Assembly: GCA_963771175.1 (NCBI GenBank)
Contig: CAVYSY010000040.1
Span: 256,001-320,000 of the forward strand
From: an uncultured delta proteobacterium
Lineage (GTDB): Bacteria; Myxococcota; Myxococcia; Myxococcales; Myxococcaceae
Direction: 5' to 3'
DNA: 64,000 nucleotides
Shown: piece by piece, positions 20,445 to 30,643 of the stretch
Layout of the letters: every line of letters starts with the position of its first letter
Position numbering within the stretch: the first letter of the stretch is position 1
Program-made: the position numbers and the translations under genes
Notes under the pieces: generated by a model
What the model saw: the letters and a program-made list of their open reading frames with translations, nothing else
Databases searched by the model: none
Told to the model about the DNA's origin: nothing

Positions 20445-21632
20445 TTGAAGACATACGACCTGTTCGCCCCCGCCACCCTGGCCGAACGCCATGCCCTGTT
20501 CGCGAAGATGCGGAGCGAGCCGGGGCTCTGCCGCGTGGAGCCCTTCGGCGCCTTCGCGGCCGCTCGCTACGAGGATGCCGCCGCCATCCTGAAGGATCCG
20601 CATCGCTTCTCGTCCGAGGCGCTCGCCGTCGCGGGGGAGCCGCCCTGGCTCGGGTTCAACCCGTCGGCCCAATCGATGATCTCGAAGGATCCGCCGACCC
20701 ACACCGTATTGCGTGCGCTGATCAACCGGGCCTTCGGTCCCGCAGGGATGGCCCGGTTGGAGGCCCGGGTCCGCCAGGAGAGCGAGGCGCTGGCCGAGGC
20801 CGCCGTGCGCCGCGGGGAGGTGGAGCTCGTGGATGCCTTCACCTTCGTCCTGCCGCGCAACATCATCGGCTCCATGCTGGGCCTGGACCCGAGCACCTTC
20901 TCGGAGTTCAAGCGGTGGTCCGTGCAGATAGGCCTGCTCGTCTCCGCCACGACGCCCGAGCAGCAAGAGGAGGTCCGGTCCGTGGTGAGGGAGATGATCG
21001 CCTACCTGACCGAGGCCATCGAGGCGCGCCGCCGTCAGCCGGGCGATGACATGGTGAGCGACCTGCTCCGGGCTGAAGTGGACGGCAGGGCGCTCACCAA
21101 TGCCGAGGTCCTGTCCTTCCTCTTCCTGCTGCTCCCCGCGGGCATGGAGACGACGACGCATCTCCTCGGCAATGCGGTCATCCAACTCGCCCAGCGCCCC
21201 GAGCATTTGGAACTGGCGAGGGCGGACAAGGCGCACATCCCCCGCTTCGTCGAGGAGGTGCTGCGGTACGATCCGCCCATCCAGCTCAGTTTCCGCCTGG
21301 CCATGCAGGACGTGGAACTGGCCGGGACGAAGATACCGGCGGGGAGCCTCGTGCTGGGGCTCGTGGGGTCGGCCAACCGCGACGAGCGGGTGTTCGAACG
21401 GCCGGACGAATTCATTCCTGGTCGGGAGAAGGGCACCCAGCACCTCTCGTTCGGGTATGGCGTGCACTTCTGCCTGGGCGCACAGCTCGCGCGGATGGAG
21501 GCGCGGCTGGGCCTGGAGGCGCTCCTCTCGCGCGTGCGAGGCATCCGGCTGCGCTCGCCGGAGGTCCAATGGAACCCCGGGTTCTTGATGCACGGGCCCG
21601 CGGTGCTGCCGGTGGACTTCGTTCCCGCTTGA
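20445..21632 (+). CDS. Cytochrome P450
   Basis: AGMETT I-helix, EEVLRY, FGYGVHFCLG heme motif; GGAGGA RBS before TTG start. Confidence 0.95.
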   Translation: MKTYDLFAPATLAERHALFAKMRSEPGLCRVEPFGAFAAARYEDAAAILKDPHRFSSEALAVAGEPPWLGFNPSAQSMISKDPPTHTVLRALINRAFGPAGMARLEARVRQESEALAEAAVRRGEVELVDAFTFVLPRNIIGSMLGLDPSTFSEFKRWSVQIGLLVSATTPEQQEEVRSVVREMIAYLTEAIEARRRQPGDDMVSDLLRAEVDGRALTNAEVLSFLFLLLPAGMETTTHLLGNAVIQLAQRPEHLELARADKAHIPRFVEEVLRYDPPIQLSFRLAMQDVELAGTKIPAGSLVLGLVGSANRDERVFERPDEFIPGREKGTQHLSFGYGVHFCLGAQLARMEARLGLEALLSRVRGIRLRSPEVQWNPGFLMHGPAVLPVDFVPA

Positions 21633-21813
21633 GTGCACCCAGGACGCGCCAGCCGGCCCGGTCGCCAGGCAGGCAGCCCGTGACAGCCGGAGCGCGCCCT
21701 GTCATTCTCGCCACTTACAGAGGGCCAAAAAACGCGTAGACCCGAACCGCCCATCGTCCGTTGAAGGAGATGATGGAGGGGTAAGGACAGGTACGAGGCC
21801 CTGGAATGGGGGA

Positions 21814-22446
21814 GTGTTGGGACCGGAGACCTCAGACGAACGGCTGATGCTCGCCTTTCGGGCGGGGGATGCCCGTGCGTTCGAGGTGTTGGTGCGCAAG
21901 CACCGGACACCGGTGTTCAACTTCATCCTTCGCTTCACCGGCCATCGTGCACGGGCTGAAGACGTGCTTCAGGAGACGTGGCTGAAGGTGGTGCGTAGCG
22001 CGCCGGAGTACGAGGCGAAGGCGAAGTTCACCACCTGGGTCTACACGATTGCGAGGAACCTCTGCGTGGACAGCGCGCGCAAAGAGAGCTACCGGCAGGC
22101 GGCCTCGCTGGAGGCGCCCACCACGGGTGCCGAGGGCGATGAGGGTCGTCCCCTCGGTGAGGCCCTCCCGGACGACGGGCGCCAGCCCCGAGCGTGGCGC
22201 CTACAACGCCCGCGTGCGGCCCCTGTTGGAGCGCGCGCTGGCGGGCCTCCCGGAGGAGCAGCGCGAGGTCTTCGTGCTGCGCGAGTTCAGCGGCATCCCC
22301 TTCAAGGAGATCGCCGAGGTGACGGGGTGTCCGAGAACACGGTGAAGAGCCGCATGCGCTATGCCCTCGAGGGCCTGCGCCGACGGCTGTCCGAGCTCGG
22401 CGTGGATGGGGATCTGGCCGAGGACGGAAGGACGGTGGCGGGATGA
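21814..22446 (+). CDS. ECF sigma factor (frameshifted)
   Basis: AEDVLQETWLKV, FTTWVYTIARN, LPEEQREVFVLRE, ENTVKSRMRYA. Confidence 0.92.
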   Translation: MLGPETSDERLMLAFRAGDARAFEVLVRKHRTPVFNFILRFTGHRARAEDVLQETWLKVVRSAPEYEAKAKFTTWVYTIARNLCVDSARKESYRQAASLEAPTTGAEGDEGRPLGEALPDDGRQPRAWRLQRPRAAPVGARAGGPPGGAARGLRAARVQRHPLQGDRRGDGVSENTVKSRMRYALEGLRRRLSELGVDGDLAEDGRTVAG

Positions 22447-23813
22447 AGCCCCAGGGTTCCCACGCGCACGAGGATCGTCTGCTGGACTTCGCCTATGGCG
22501 AGCTCCCGCCCGCCGAGGCCCGGGTGGTGGAGCAGCACGTGCAGGGCTGTTCGCGTTGCACGGAAGCGCTCGATGGCATTCGCGGTGTGCGCAGCGCCAT
22601 GTCCCGGCTGCCAATGCATTCCGCGCCGGACGCGGGGCTGGAATCGTTGATGGCGTACGCGCAGCAGTCCGCGCGCCGAGCCGCCGCGGGTCCCGAGCCG
22701 GCGCCTCGCTGGTGGCGCCGCCTGCTGGCTCCCGCGCTGGGCGTGGCGGCCATGGGCGTCTTCGGCGTCGTGGTCCACCAGGTGAACCGCACCGTGGACC
22801 TCAGCCCCGCGCTCGAGAAGGCTGTCACGCAGGAGCAGGTCGCCCGCCAGGAAGTGGCGGGCTCCAATGCCAAGGACCTGCCCGCGCCCGCCGCCGCCGC
22901 CGCGCCCGTTGCTCAGATTCCCGATTCGGCCGAGCAGATGCACGCGCAGTACGACGAGCAGGTCCGGGAGGCAGCACCGAAGCCTGTGCGCCGCGCGGAG
23001 AGGGAGGACTGGTCCAACGCGACCGCGGGCAGCGCGGGTGGCTTCCCGGAAAAGAAGACCGCCTCGCTCGGAGACAAGGAGACGCGGATGCCGGTGAAGT
23101 CCAAGCGCGGCATGACCTCCGTCAGTAAGATCGAGCTCTCTGGGTCGCTGAAGCAACAGCGCGCCAAGGCCGCCCGTGACTACGACGATGCTCCGGCGGA
23201 TGAAGGGGCGGCACTGGCGGCCGAGGCTCCCTCTTCTCCCGCGGAGGCCCAGGTCGCGCAGTACGTGCCGCCCAGCCCCTCGCAGATGATCGGCGGTTCC
23301 GCCTCTCGTGCGGAGCCGAAGGGGAACTCGATTGCCTTGGAGGAGGTGCGCTCGCCTCCTCCACCTCCCATGGCCCAGGCGCAACCCTCCGCGCCCGCCG
23401 CCGCCGCCGTCGATGGCTTCGAGGAAGAGATGGACGCCAAGGCCGAGGTGGCCCAGAAGCCTCGGGCGAAGTCCTCCGCCGGCCCGACGCGCTCCGTCTC
23501 TCCCGCGGAGCTCCTGCGGCAGGCCGAGGTGGCCAACCGTTCCGGGGACAGGGCCGAGGAGGCGATGCTCCTGCGCGGAGCGCTGTCCTCCGGAGCCCAG
23601 GGCGCGCAGCGGCTGGAGGTGCTCTCCCGGTTGTGTGAGGCGGAGTTCGCGCTCGGCCGCCGGCAGAGTGCCCTCGAGGCCTGCAGGTGGGTGATGAAGG
23701 AAGCGCCCGGCTCGAGCGAGGCCCGCATCGCGCAGCGCCGTGTGGAGCGTGTGCTCGAGTCCGAGGCGGACGAGGCCAAGAAGGCGAAGCCCGCGTCCAT
23801 CCAGGCCGAGTAG
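22443..23813 (+). CDS. Zinc-binding anti-sigma factor (ZAS) with TM helix and C-terminal TPR-like region
   Basis: HVQGCSRC (HxxxCxxC), TM segment after WWRRLL; ATGA overlap with the ECF gene. Confidence 0.85.
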   Translation: MKPQGSHAHEDRLLDFAYGELPPAEARVVEQHVQGCSRCTEALDGIRGVRSAMSRLPMHSAPDAGLESLMAYAQQSARRAAAGPEPAPRWWRRLLAPALGVAAMGVFGVVVHQVNRTVDLSPALEKAVTQEQVARQEVAGSNAKDLPAPAAAAAPVAQIPDSAEQMHAQYDEQVREAAPKPVRRAEREDWSNATAGSAGGFPEKKTASLGDKETRMPVKSKRGMTSVSKIELSGSLKQQRAKAARDYDDAPADEGAALAAEAPSSPAEAQVAQYVPPSPSQMIGGSASRAEPKGNSIALEEVRSPPPPPMAQAQPSAPAAAAVDGFEEEMDAKAEVAQKPRAKSSAGPTRSVSPAELLRQAEVANRSGDRAEEAMLLRGALSSGAQGAQRLEVLSRLCEAEFALGRRQSALEACRWVMKEAPGSSEARIAQRRVERVLESEADEAKKAKPASIQAE

Positions 23814-23830
23814 GGAAGGGCAGCGCCCTG

Positions 23831-24580
23831 TCAGTGCGGGGGGTGCTCACCCTCCGCGGGCGGCGGCAGGTCCGGATTGAAGGCGCCCCGGAAGACGAGG
23901 AGCTCTCCCTTGGGATCCTTCAGGCGCCAGGGCTCGCCCGTGGACGAGATGCCCACCGCGTGGAGCTCATAGGCCGCGCCTCCCTCCATCACGTAGAGCA
24001 GCAGCGTGCCGGGGGGCGCATCCGTCGGCAGCGCCTCGGGCGACTCCACCTTCTGGATGTGGAAGGGCAGAGGCTGGAAGGTGCGCGTGCGGACCGACGT
24101 GGGTTGCCCCTGCGTCACCTGCGCCAGCGCCTTCTCCCAGGAGCCCACGTCCTCGGGGACCTCACCATGGGCCTGCAGCTCGCTCACCGTCCGGCCATGG
24201 AGGTCGCGCGCGGCCCGGAGGATCTTCAGGTTGGCCGCGTCGGCGTTACGCCCCGTCGCGAGGCCTTCCTGGTTTCCCCAGTTGGCGAGCGCCAGGGCCC
24301 CGAGGATGAGCGCGGACCAGAGGAGCCGCGCGCTGCGCCCGCGCACGCCCTGCACCAGGATGACCGCCAGGCTCACCCCGGCCGTGAACACCGCCACGAG
24401 CAGCGCCGGTCGCGGGGGAGGGCCCGCGTTGTAGGGCTGGAGCAGCACGTGGAGCAGATGCGCCACCTCCGGCCAGCCCCCCACGAGGGTGATCGCGGTG
24501 AAGCCCGCGAAGATGGCTCCGTGGAGGATTCGGAGCGGCAGCGGGGACTGCTGTCGCGCGACGGTGGAGGAGGGCTTCAC
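23831..24580 (-). CDS. Hypothetical membrane protein at the distal end of the minor-pilin operon
   Basis: GTG 24580 overlaps the pilin stop; about three TM segments then a soluble domain. Confidence 0.7.
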   Translation of the reverse strand: MKPSSTVARQQSPLPLRILHGAIFAGFTAITLVGGWPEVAHLLHVLLQPYNAGPPPRPALLVAVFTAGVSLAVILVQGVRGRSARLLWSALILGALALANWGNQEGLATGRNADAANLKILRAARDLHGRTVSELQAHGEVPEDVGSWEKALAQVTQGQPTSVRTRTFQPLPFHIQKVESPEALPTDAPPGTLLLYVMEGGAAYELHAVGISSTGEPWRLKDPKGELLVFRGAFNPDLPPPAEGEHPPH

Positions 24581-24795
24581 GGGAACGGCAGGTTCAGCAC
24601 GAAGTAGAACGAGTCGTAATAGACCTGGTACGCGCTCAGGAAGAGCTCGATGACGTTCTTCTTCCCGAACACCGGGGTGCTCATCCCCACCATGAGCCCC
24701 ATGGCCAGGATGTAGTTGATGAACGAGTACTCCACCATGGCCTGGCCGCGAGGCTGGCGGCGACGGAGCTGCTTGGCGGTCACGTGCTTCTTCAT
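24577..24795 (-). CDS. Small Tad/Flp-type prepilin (72 aa), Kil cluster minor pilin
   Basis: Basic leader MKKHVTAKQLRRRQPRG then QAMVEY (G-1, E+5) and hydrophobic helix. Confidence 0.8.
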   Translation of the reverse strand: MKKHVTAKQLRRRQPRGQAMVEYSFINYILAMGLMVGMSTPVFGKKNVIELFLSAYQVYYDSFYFVLNLPFP

Positions 24796-25581
24796 GGGTT
24801 GGCCTCCTTCGACTCGGTCTCGGACTCTGGATCTTCCTGCATCCAGGCCGGCAGGTTGCTGGCCGGCTCCATCGTAATCTTCTTGTCCCTCGGGGCGGGT
24901 AGCACCATGCGCGGTTTGGCGTCCACGCCATAGTCGCGCACCTCCATCGTGTACTTGATGGCGGGGAACTCGATCTTCGCCAGGCGCAGGATGGGAATCT
25001 CCCGGCTGATCCAGTAGCGCTTGAGGACGAGCCGCTTGTGGAGAACCTCCATGGGCTCGGCCGTCACCGTGCCCGCGAGCGTCATGATGCGCGAGGGCTT
25101 GCCGCGCTGCACGGTGGTGCTCTCCCCGGCGGGAAGCTGTGCCGAGGGCGGCGGAGGGGCGGGGCGGGAGGGGTTCTTCTCGGGCTCGCCGAGGAAGAAC
25201 GGCATGGCGTCCTTGTCCACCTCCTGCAGCTTCTCGAAGCCCTGGGTGATGAACAGCCGCAATGCCCTCGGCGCGCATCCCCCCGTCGCGGGCCACCAGC
25301 ATGAGGATCTGCGCCATCGGCGCCTTCATCGCCGCATGCTGGCCGAACTCCACCTCCATCCACACCGCGTCACGGCCCTGGGCGTCCTTCTGCTCGGCGA
25401 CGGCGGCCATGCGCATGAAGCCCTGCTGGCCTCCATCCATCTGGTACGTCACCCACTCGCCCACGCGCGCGTCCAGCCGATCCGGCGCGGCCTCGAAGAG
25501 CATCCGCCCCTCGCGCGGCAGCTCGGTCGTCGGCGCGGCACTCAACAGGGCCAGGGAGAGGGCGCAGACGAGCGCGCTCAT
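24792..25581 (-). CDS. Hypothetical exported protein in the pilin operon (frameshift near 25262)
   Basis: Signal peptide MSALVCALSLALLSAAP; VGEWVTY; ATGA overlaps at both ends. Confidence 0.7.
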
Positions 25582-26354
25582 GGCTTCTTCTCCTTCACGA
25601 GCCCTTCACGCATGGCGGCCTCGCGGGCCTCGCGCACGGCGTCCGCGTTGGGCATGCCGTCCGGGCGATCCGTTCCCACCCACGACTGGGAGACGGCCAC
25701 CTGCGAGGGCGCCAGCTCCACCAGCGTGGTGATCGTCTGCTCGGCTCCGCGTGCCAGCTCGATGACGTGGGTGCGCTGGCCGTCCAGCTTGCCTCCGGTC
25801 TCGCGCACCAACTTGTAGCCCGCGGCCTCGGCCTTGGAGGCCAGCTCCTGGCGCACCTCGTCCAGCCCGCGCTCCACCACCTGCGTGCGGTGCTGCGAGC
25901 CGCCGGACTCGTCGCGCGAGCCCACGTCCGCGCTGAAGAGCGAGCCTTCCACCTGGATGAAGGGGCCCTTCCCAGCGGCAGGAGGCTTCTCGTACAGCCA
26001 CAGGTCCTTCAGGACGGTGAAGCCCACCGTCTTTCCCATGTGCGTGCGCAGCACCACGGCGCGCTGGAGTCCCTCGCGCGTGAAGAAGGCCGCCACCACG
26101 CCCTCCTGCTCCATGTCCCCCTCGATGACGACCGGGTAGCCCTCCTTGCGCCAGAGATCGGCGAAGTACTTCGCCACCTTGAGCATCGGATCCTTGGTGG
26201 TGAAGTAGGCCATGCGGTGGTACTGGCCGTTGATGCGCAGATCATTGCCGATCCGCGTGTGGACGGTACCCGGGTAGACCGCGAGCTGCTGCTCCGCCCG
26301 CGAAGGGGCGGCCCACAGCAGGAGCGGCAGGAGGATGAGGACGCTTACTCGCAC
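25578..26354 (-). CDS. Hypothetical exported protein in the pilin operon
   Basis: Signal VRVSVLILLPLLLWAAPSRA; overlaps both neighbours. Confidence 0.72.
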   Translation of the reverse strand: MRVSVLILLPLLLWAAPSRAEQQLAVYPGTVHTRIGNDLRINGQYHRMAYFTTKDPMLKVAKYFADLWRKEGYPVVIEGDMEQEGVVAAFFTREGLQRAVVLRTHMGKTVGFTVLKDLWLYEKPPAAGKGPFIQVEGSLFSADVGSRDESGGSQHRTQVVERGLDEVRQELASKAEAAGYKLVRETGGKLDGQRTHVIELARGAEQTITTLVELAPSQVAVSQSWVGTDRPDGMPNADAVREAREAAMREGLVKEKKP

Positions 26355-27520
26355 GAGATCTTGTTCTTGTTCTTGTCTTTGTTGAGCTTGGGATCCAGGG
26401 CGGGCGTGTTGGGCATGTCCGCCATCTGGTTCTTGCAGCCCATGAAGTTCTCGCCACGGGCCTGGAAGATCTTCCGGTACAGGGAGTCGTCGTAGTTGTT
26501 GGTGTCGCGGAAGGGCGCGGTGTCGAAGCAACGCTGCAGGTCGTTGTCGTTCCCGTTCCGATCGTCCAGACCGGGCAGGCCGCGCTTGTCCAGGTTGTGG
26601 AGGCCCTCCTGGGCGCCGTGCTTGTCGTTGTTGCAGCCCCGGGCGGACTGGGACGGGGTGTAGTTGTGGGCGACCACGAACGTCCCCAGGAAGTCCGGCA
26701 GGAAGAAGTTGGTGACGGTGCTGATCTTATCGAGCCCCACCTTGCTCAGGTAGTTGGTGACGCCCAGGAACTTCATTCTACCCACCTGCCGGAACATACC
26801 GTGCTCGGAGCCGCCGTCGTGCACGCCTGCCCGCTTGCCCTTCACGATGGCATTACCGCCGTCGGGCAGGTGCCAGCCGTTGGCGATGAGGGTGTAGCGG
26901 TTCTTGATGGGCATGTTGCTCAGGTCCTTCCCGCCCCAGTTGTCCACCGAGTAGAAGCCCTTGCTCTCCTTCTGCAGGTAGCGCCGGGGCAGCTTGAAGG
27001 CGGCGAGCTTGCTGGTGATCTCCACCTGCACCTGGCCCTTGGTGTTGAAGGCGAAGTGGTTGAGGAAGAAGTTGAGCGTCTTGCCCACCGCGGCGGAGGC
27101 CTCCTCGCCCGCGCCGCCTCCTCCGCCCGGGAACACGCGGCTCAGGTCGATGCCCGCCACGGTCTGGTTGGTGATCTTCACGTTCACCGGATCCGCGCGC
27201 AGCATGAGGGAGGCGGGGCCCGCGTTGGGCTCGATGGAGTCGAGGTCCTTGTAGCGCTCGGTGGCCTCATCCATCGAGGCCTTCATGGCGACGTCGAAGG
27301 CCTGATCGTGGTTGGCCTCGGCGTAGTCGCTCAGGGTGTAGCTGGTGAGCTCCCAGGCGACGTAGCGGGTGGCCTCCTGGAGCTTGAGCTTGGCGCGGAG
27401 GACATCGCTCAGGAAGATGCTGAACATCAGGATGGAGACCAGCAGCGGCACCACGAGCGCGAACTCGACGGTGGCCGCGCCACGCCGGGACGACTTCTGC
27501 TGGACGCGAGGGCGGAGCAT
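26345..27520 (-). CDS. TadE-family minor pilin
   Basis: SSRRG/AATVEFALVVPLLV prepilin motif; LQEATRYVAWE. Confidence 0.85.
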   Translation of the reverse strand: MLRPRVQQKSSRRGAATVEFALVVPLLVSILMFSIFLSDVLRAKLKLQEATRYVAWELTSYTLSDYAEANHDQAFDVAMKASMDEATERYKDLDSIEPNAGPASLMLRADPVNVKITNQTVAGIDLSRVFPGGGGGAGEEASAAVGKTLNFFLNHFAFNTKGQVQVEITSKLAAFKLPRRYLQKESKGFYSVDNWGGKDLSNMPIKNRYTLIANGWHLPDGGNAIVKGKRAGVHDGGSEHGMFRQVGRMKFLGVTNYLSKVGLDKISTVTNFFLPDFLGTFVVAHNYTPSQSARGCNNDKHGAQEGLHNLDKRGLPGLDDRNGNDNDLQRCFDTAPFRDTNNYDDSLYRKIFQARGENFMGCKNQMADMPNTPALDPKLNKDKNKNKISCE

Positions 27521-27528
27521 GGCGGGCC

Positions 27529-29514
27529 TCAGTGGGTGATGATCTTCGCCGGGAAGTCCTTGACGGCGGCGGGCAACTGGTTGGACAGCGTGTTGATGAG
27601 GGGCAGCGAGTCCTTGCCCTGCCACACGGCGGCCAGACGCGGACGCCAGTAGGGGTTGAAGAAGTTGGGCTGCTCCGCCCAGTTGCCGGGCCGGTGGTAG
27701 TACGTCTGGCCGCGCGAGATGACCGTCATGCCGTCCGAGATGGTCAAGCCGCCGATCTCCAGCTTCTTGCGGTTGTTGTCCATCTCCAGGGTCGTGGACG
27801 TCTTGCCGGCGGAGAAGGAGAACTTCCCGCTGGCGTTGAGCAGGGCCGGATCGTTGTGCGTGGCTCCCGTCGCGTCGGCCTTCTTGTTGCGTAGCTCCTC
27901 CGAGCTCTTGTTGAGGAGCACCCAGGTGGAGGGCTGGTTGAAGTCGTCCTTGCGCTCGGCCATGGCGGCGATGCTGGCATTGGCGTTCTTGCCCATGCCC
28001 GTGCAGTCCGCCGCGTAGTCACCCGGCTCGAAGTGGGGGAAGGGGGCCAGTCCGGCCCAGCTGTGGTTGTTGTCCCGCTGATCGATGCGGGTGTTGGCCG
28101 AGTAGACGTCGACCTTCAGGAGGCACTTGATGATCCTGATGACGCAGACGGTGTTCTTGTTGAGGCCCACGTTGCCGTCCGCGCCCCCGGCTCCTCCGGG
28201 GAAGACCACCCGCCAGTGGATGCCGTTCCTGCGCAGATCCGTGTCGCTCATGGCCCAGATGCTGGTCTCGAGCGTGTCGTTCTTGTCCTCGCGCGGATCA
28301 CCCCAGCAGTTGAGCGGGTTGTCCGACTTCTTGCAGCTGAAGGGGTTTTTCAGGGGGCCGAGCGTAGCGGGGCCGAACTTCATGTAGTACGCGTCGTCCG
28401 CGCCGATCACGTCACCCTGGGCGATCGAGCCCATGGGGCTGCCGGGCAGATTGCGGTGCTCGCGGATCTTGTTGCCACCGCTCTTCCGCGAATCACCATA
28501 ACCGAGCTTGTAGGTGAGCATGCGCGTCTGGCCCCACTTGGGGACGAGCGTGTTGATGAAGTCCTCCAGCGGACTGAGCCAGCTGGGAATGGGCATCAGG
28601 TCGCCCAGCCGCCGGGAGGTGACGAACGTCTCCGGGCAGATGCCCGAGCTCGCGTTGCACGGGAAGCGCGTGGCGTTGGTGATGTTCCCCATCGACCGCT
28701 TGGCGCGCGCGACCTTGTCGGTCTCGGCCCGCTTGGTGGGATCCAGCGCGCGGAAGGGGTTGAACCCGCCCGAGATCAGCTTGCCGGGCGTGAGGTTGGT
28801 CCCATCGTTGTGCGTGCGGTTGAAGAGACACTGGTTGATGAGGCCCGCCAGGGTCTGCGGGATGAGCGCGTTCACGTTGGGATCGTTCTGCGCGATGATG
28901 GTGTTCGATGTCCCTATCACGTACGTGGATGTGGACATCATCACCGCGGCTGCCGCGCCTGCCATCACCGAGTTGAGCATCCGGTGTCCGGGTACGACGA
29001 TTCTTCCTATCGCCCGGTCGATGGGCTCCATTACCCGCTTCATCAGGAGGAGCAGCTTCTGGAGGATCGTGAAGATGACATCCAGCGCCTTCATGATCTG
29101 GCCGATGACGGGGATGACGTCGAGCACGGCGCAGATGATGATCCAGTACTTCTTTCGACTGTCCTTGGGGAAGCACGGGCCGATGGTGCGCATGAACCCG
29201 TAGAGGTCCGTCAGGAAGGCCTGGACGAAGAAGATGAACGAGTTCAGCGACTGCCAGAGCATCGCCGACACGTAGTGCGACACCTGGGTGCGGTTGGTGA
29301 ACGCGTAGAAGTTGAAGGCACGCGCTTCCATGGCGGCCGTGGAGTAGGCCGCGGCGTCCGCCGTGTTCTGCAGGCGGATGCGCTCGTGCACGTTGTGCCC
29401 GATGTTGACGGTGGTCATCAGCGCGATGCTCAGGATGAGCATCAGCACGCAGGCGAGGACGAGTGCCTGTCCTTCCTGACGCTGGAGGCTGCGGCGAAGG
29501 GCGCGGGTCATCAT
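27529..29514 (-). CDS. Large TadG-like minor pilin, putative tip adhesin
   Basis: QEG/QALVLACV; LQNTADAAAYSTA; C-terminal YYHRPGNWAEQPNFFNPYWRPRL; multiple Cys. Confidence 0.85.
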   Translation of the reverse strand: MMTRALRRSLQRQEGQALVLACVLMLILSIALMTTVNIGHNVHERIRLQNTADAAAYSTAAMEARAFNFYAFTNRTQVSHYVSAMLWQSLNSFIFFVQAFLTDLYGFMRTIGPCFPKDSRKKYWIIICAVLDVIPVIGQIMKALDVIFTILQKLLLLMKRVMEPIDRAIGRIVVPGHRMLNSVMAGAAAAVMMSTSTYVIGTSNTIIAQNDPNVNALIPQTLAGLINQCLFNRTHNDGTNLTPGKLISGGFNPFRALDPTKRAETDKVARAKRSMGNITNATRFPCNASSGICPETFVTSRRLGDLMPIPSWLSPLEDFINTLVPKWGQTRMLTYKLGYGDSRKSGGNKIREHRNLPGSPMGSIAQGDVIGADDAYYMKFGPATLGPLKNPFSCKKSDNPLNCWGDPREDKNDTLETSIWAMSDTDLRRNGIHWRVVFPGGAGGADGNVGLNKNTVCVIRIIKCLLKVDVYSANTRIDQRDNNHSWAGLAPFPHFEPGDYAADCTGMGKNANASIAAMAERKDDFNQPSTWVLLNKSSEELRNKKADATGATHNDPALLNASGKFSFSAGKTSTTLEMDNNRKKLEIGGLTISDGMTVISRGQTYYHRPGNWAEQPNFFNPYWRPRLAAVWQGKDSLPLINTLSNQLPAAVKDFPAKIITH

Positions 29515-29519
29515 GGTGG

Positions 29520-30494
29520 TCACAGGCCCCAGTCGGGGTTCAGGTGCATCAGCCACTTGTAATAGAAGTTCGACTGCATCCTCATGCTGTAGGTGGCCGT
29601 CAGCGGGATGAAGTAGCGCCGCCCCACGATGTCCGAGAGCAGCGGGATACCCCCGGTGGCCAGCCCCCAGAGCACGGCCATCTCCGTCCGGTAGAGCGTG
29701 TTGTAGCCGCGCTCATGGTCGATGCCTCGCACGGGCAGCAGGCCCACGCTGCTCATGCCGCCCTTCTTGTTGGTGGCGTTCGCCCGGAAGTTCGTCGTCG
29801 GCTTGTCGATGGAGCCGCCCAGTTCCGCGCCCGCGTTGGCCGCCCACCACGAGGTGAAGATGACCCAGTTGGCGAAGGGCACGCGCAGCTCGTACCAGTA
29901 GCGCACGCGCACGCTCAGCACCGTGGCCTTGCGGAAGACCTCCTCGTCGTTGTCCGGCAGCGGGAGGTTGAAGAACTTGGCGATCTTGCTCTCCAGCGAC
30001 GGCACCTGCGGGTAGGTGTCCGGCCCGTCGAAGTCCATCTCCTTCCAGTTGATGGCCGAGCGCAGCTTCCACACGCTCTGCACCGGCGAGTACCAGGACG
30101 GGTTCACCGTATCCACGCGTACCTGTCCGAAGAGGTTGGAGCCGTTGATGGTGGCCGGTACGATGGAGTTCTTGTTGGGCCAGGCCAGGAGCTGCAGTGC
30201 CTCGTCATAGAGCTGCGCGAACGCCCACGTCTTGCCCAGGTTGAACAGGGTGTCCGTGCGCCCCATGGTGGGCAGCACCGACATGATGGCCGCGTCGTGC
30301 ATGCGCTCGTTGTTGCCGTTCCACACGATGCCCGTGCGCGCCGCGTTGTACGCCGCGTACTCGGTCATCAACTTGGCGTGCTGCATCATCGTCAGTTGGA
30401 TGATGCCCAGGCCCAGGAAGACCATGAGCGGCATCACCAGGGCGGACTCGACCGCGGCCTGTCCGGATTGCCTGGAGTGGGGGAGGGTAAACAT
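29520..30494 (-). CDS. TadE-family pilin (KilK-like by position)
   Basis: QSG/QAAVESALVMPLMV; EYAAYNAARTG. Confidence 0.85.
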   Translation of the reverse strand: MFTLPHSRQSGQAAVESALVMPLMVFLGLGIIQLTMMQHAKLMTEYAAYNAARTGIVWNGNNERMHDAAIMSVLPTMGRTDTLFNLGKTWAFAQLYDEALQLLAWPNKNSIVPATINGSNLFGQVRVDTVNPSWYSPVQSVWKLRSAINWKEMDFDGPDTYPQVPSLESKIAKFFNLPLPDNDEEVFRKATVLSVRVRYWYELRVPFANWVIFTSWWAANAGAELGGSIDKPTTNFRANATNKKGGMSSVGLLPVRGIDHERGYNTLYRTEMAVLWGLATGGIPLLSDIVGRRYFIPLTATYSMRMQSNFYYKWLMHLNPDWGL

Positions 30495-30643
30495 GGATGC
30501 TGATATGTAACGACATCCCCGTCATCCGGTGCATCGGTCAGGTGGACGCCTCGCCCGGGAGCCCCGCCGCGGTCCGGACTCGGATTCCAAGAGGATGAGA
30601 ACCCGCCAGCTCGGAACAATCCGGCAGAGAGGGGTGTACGACT

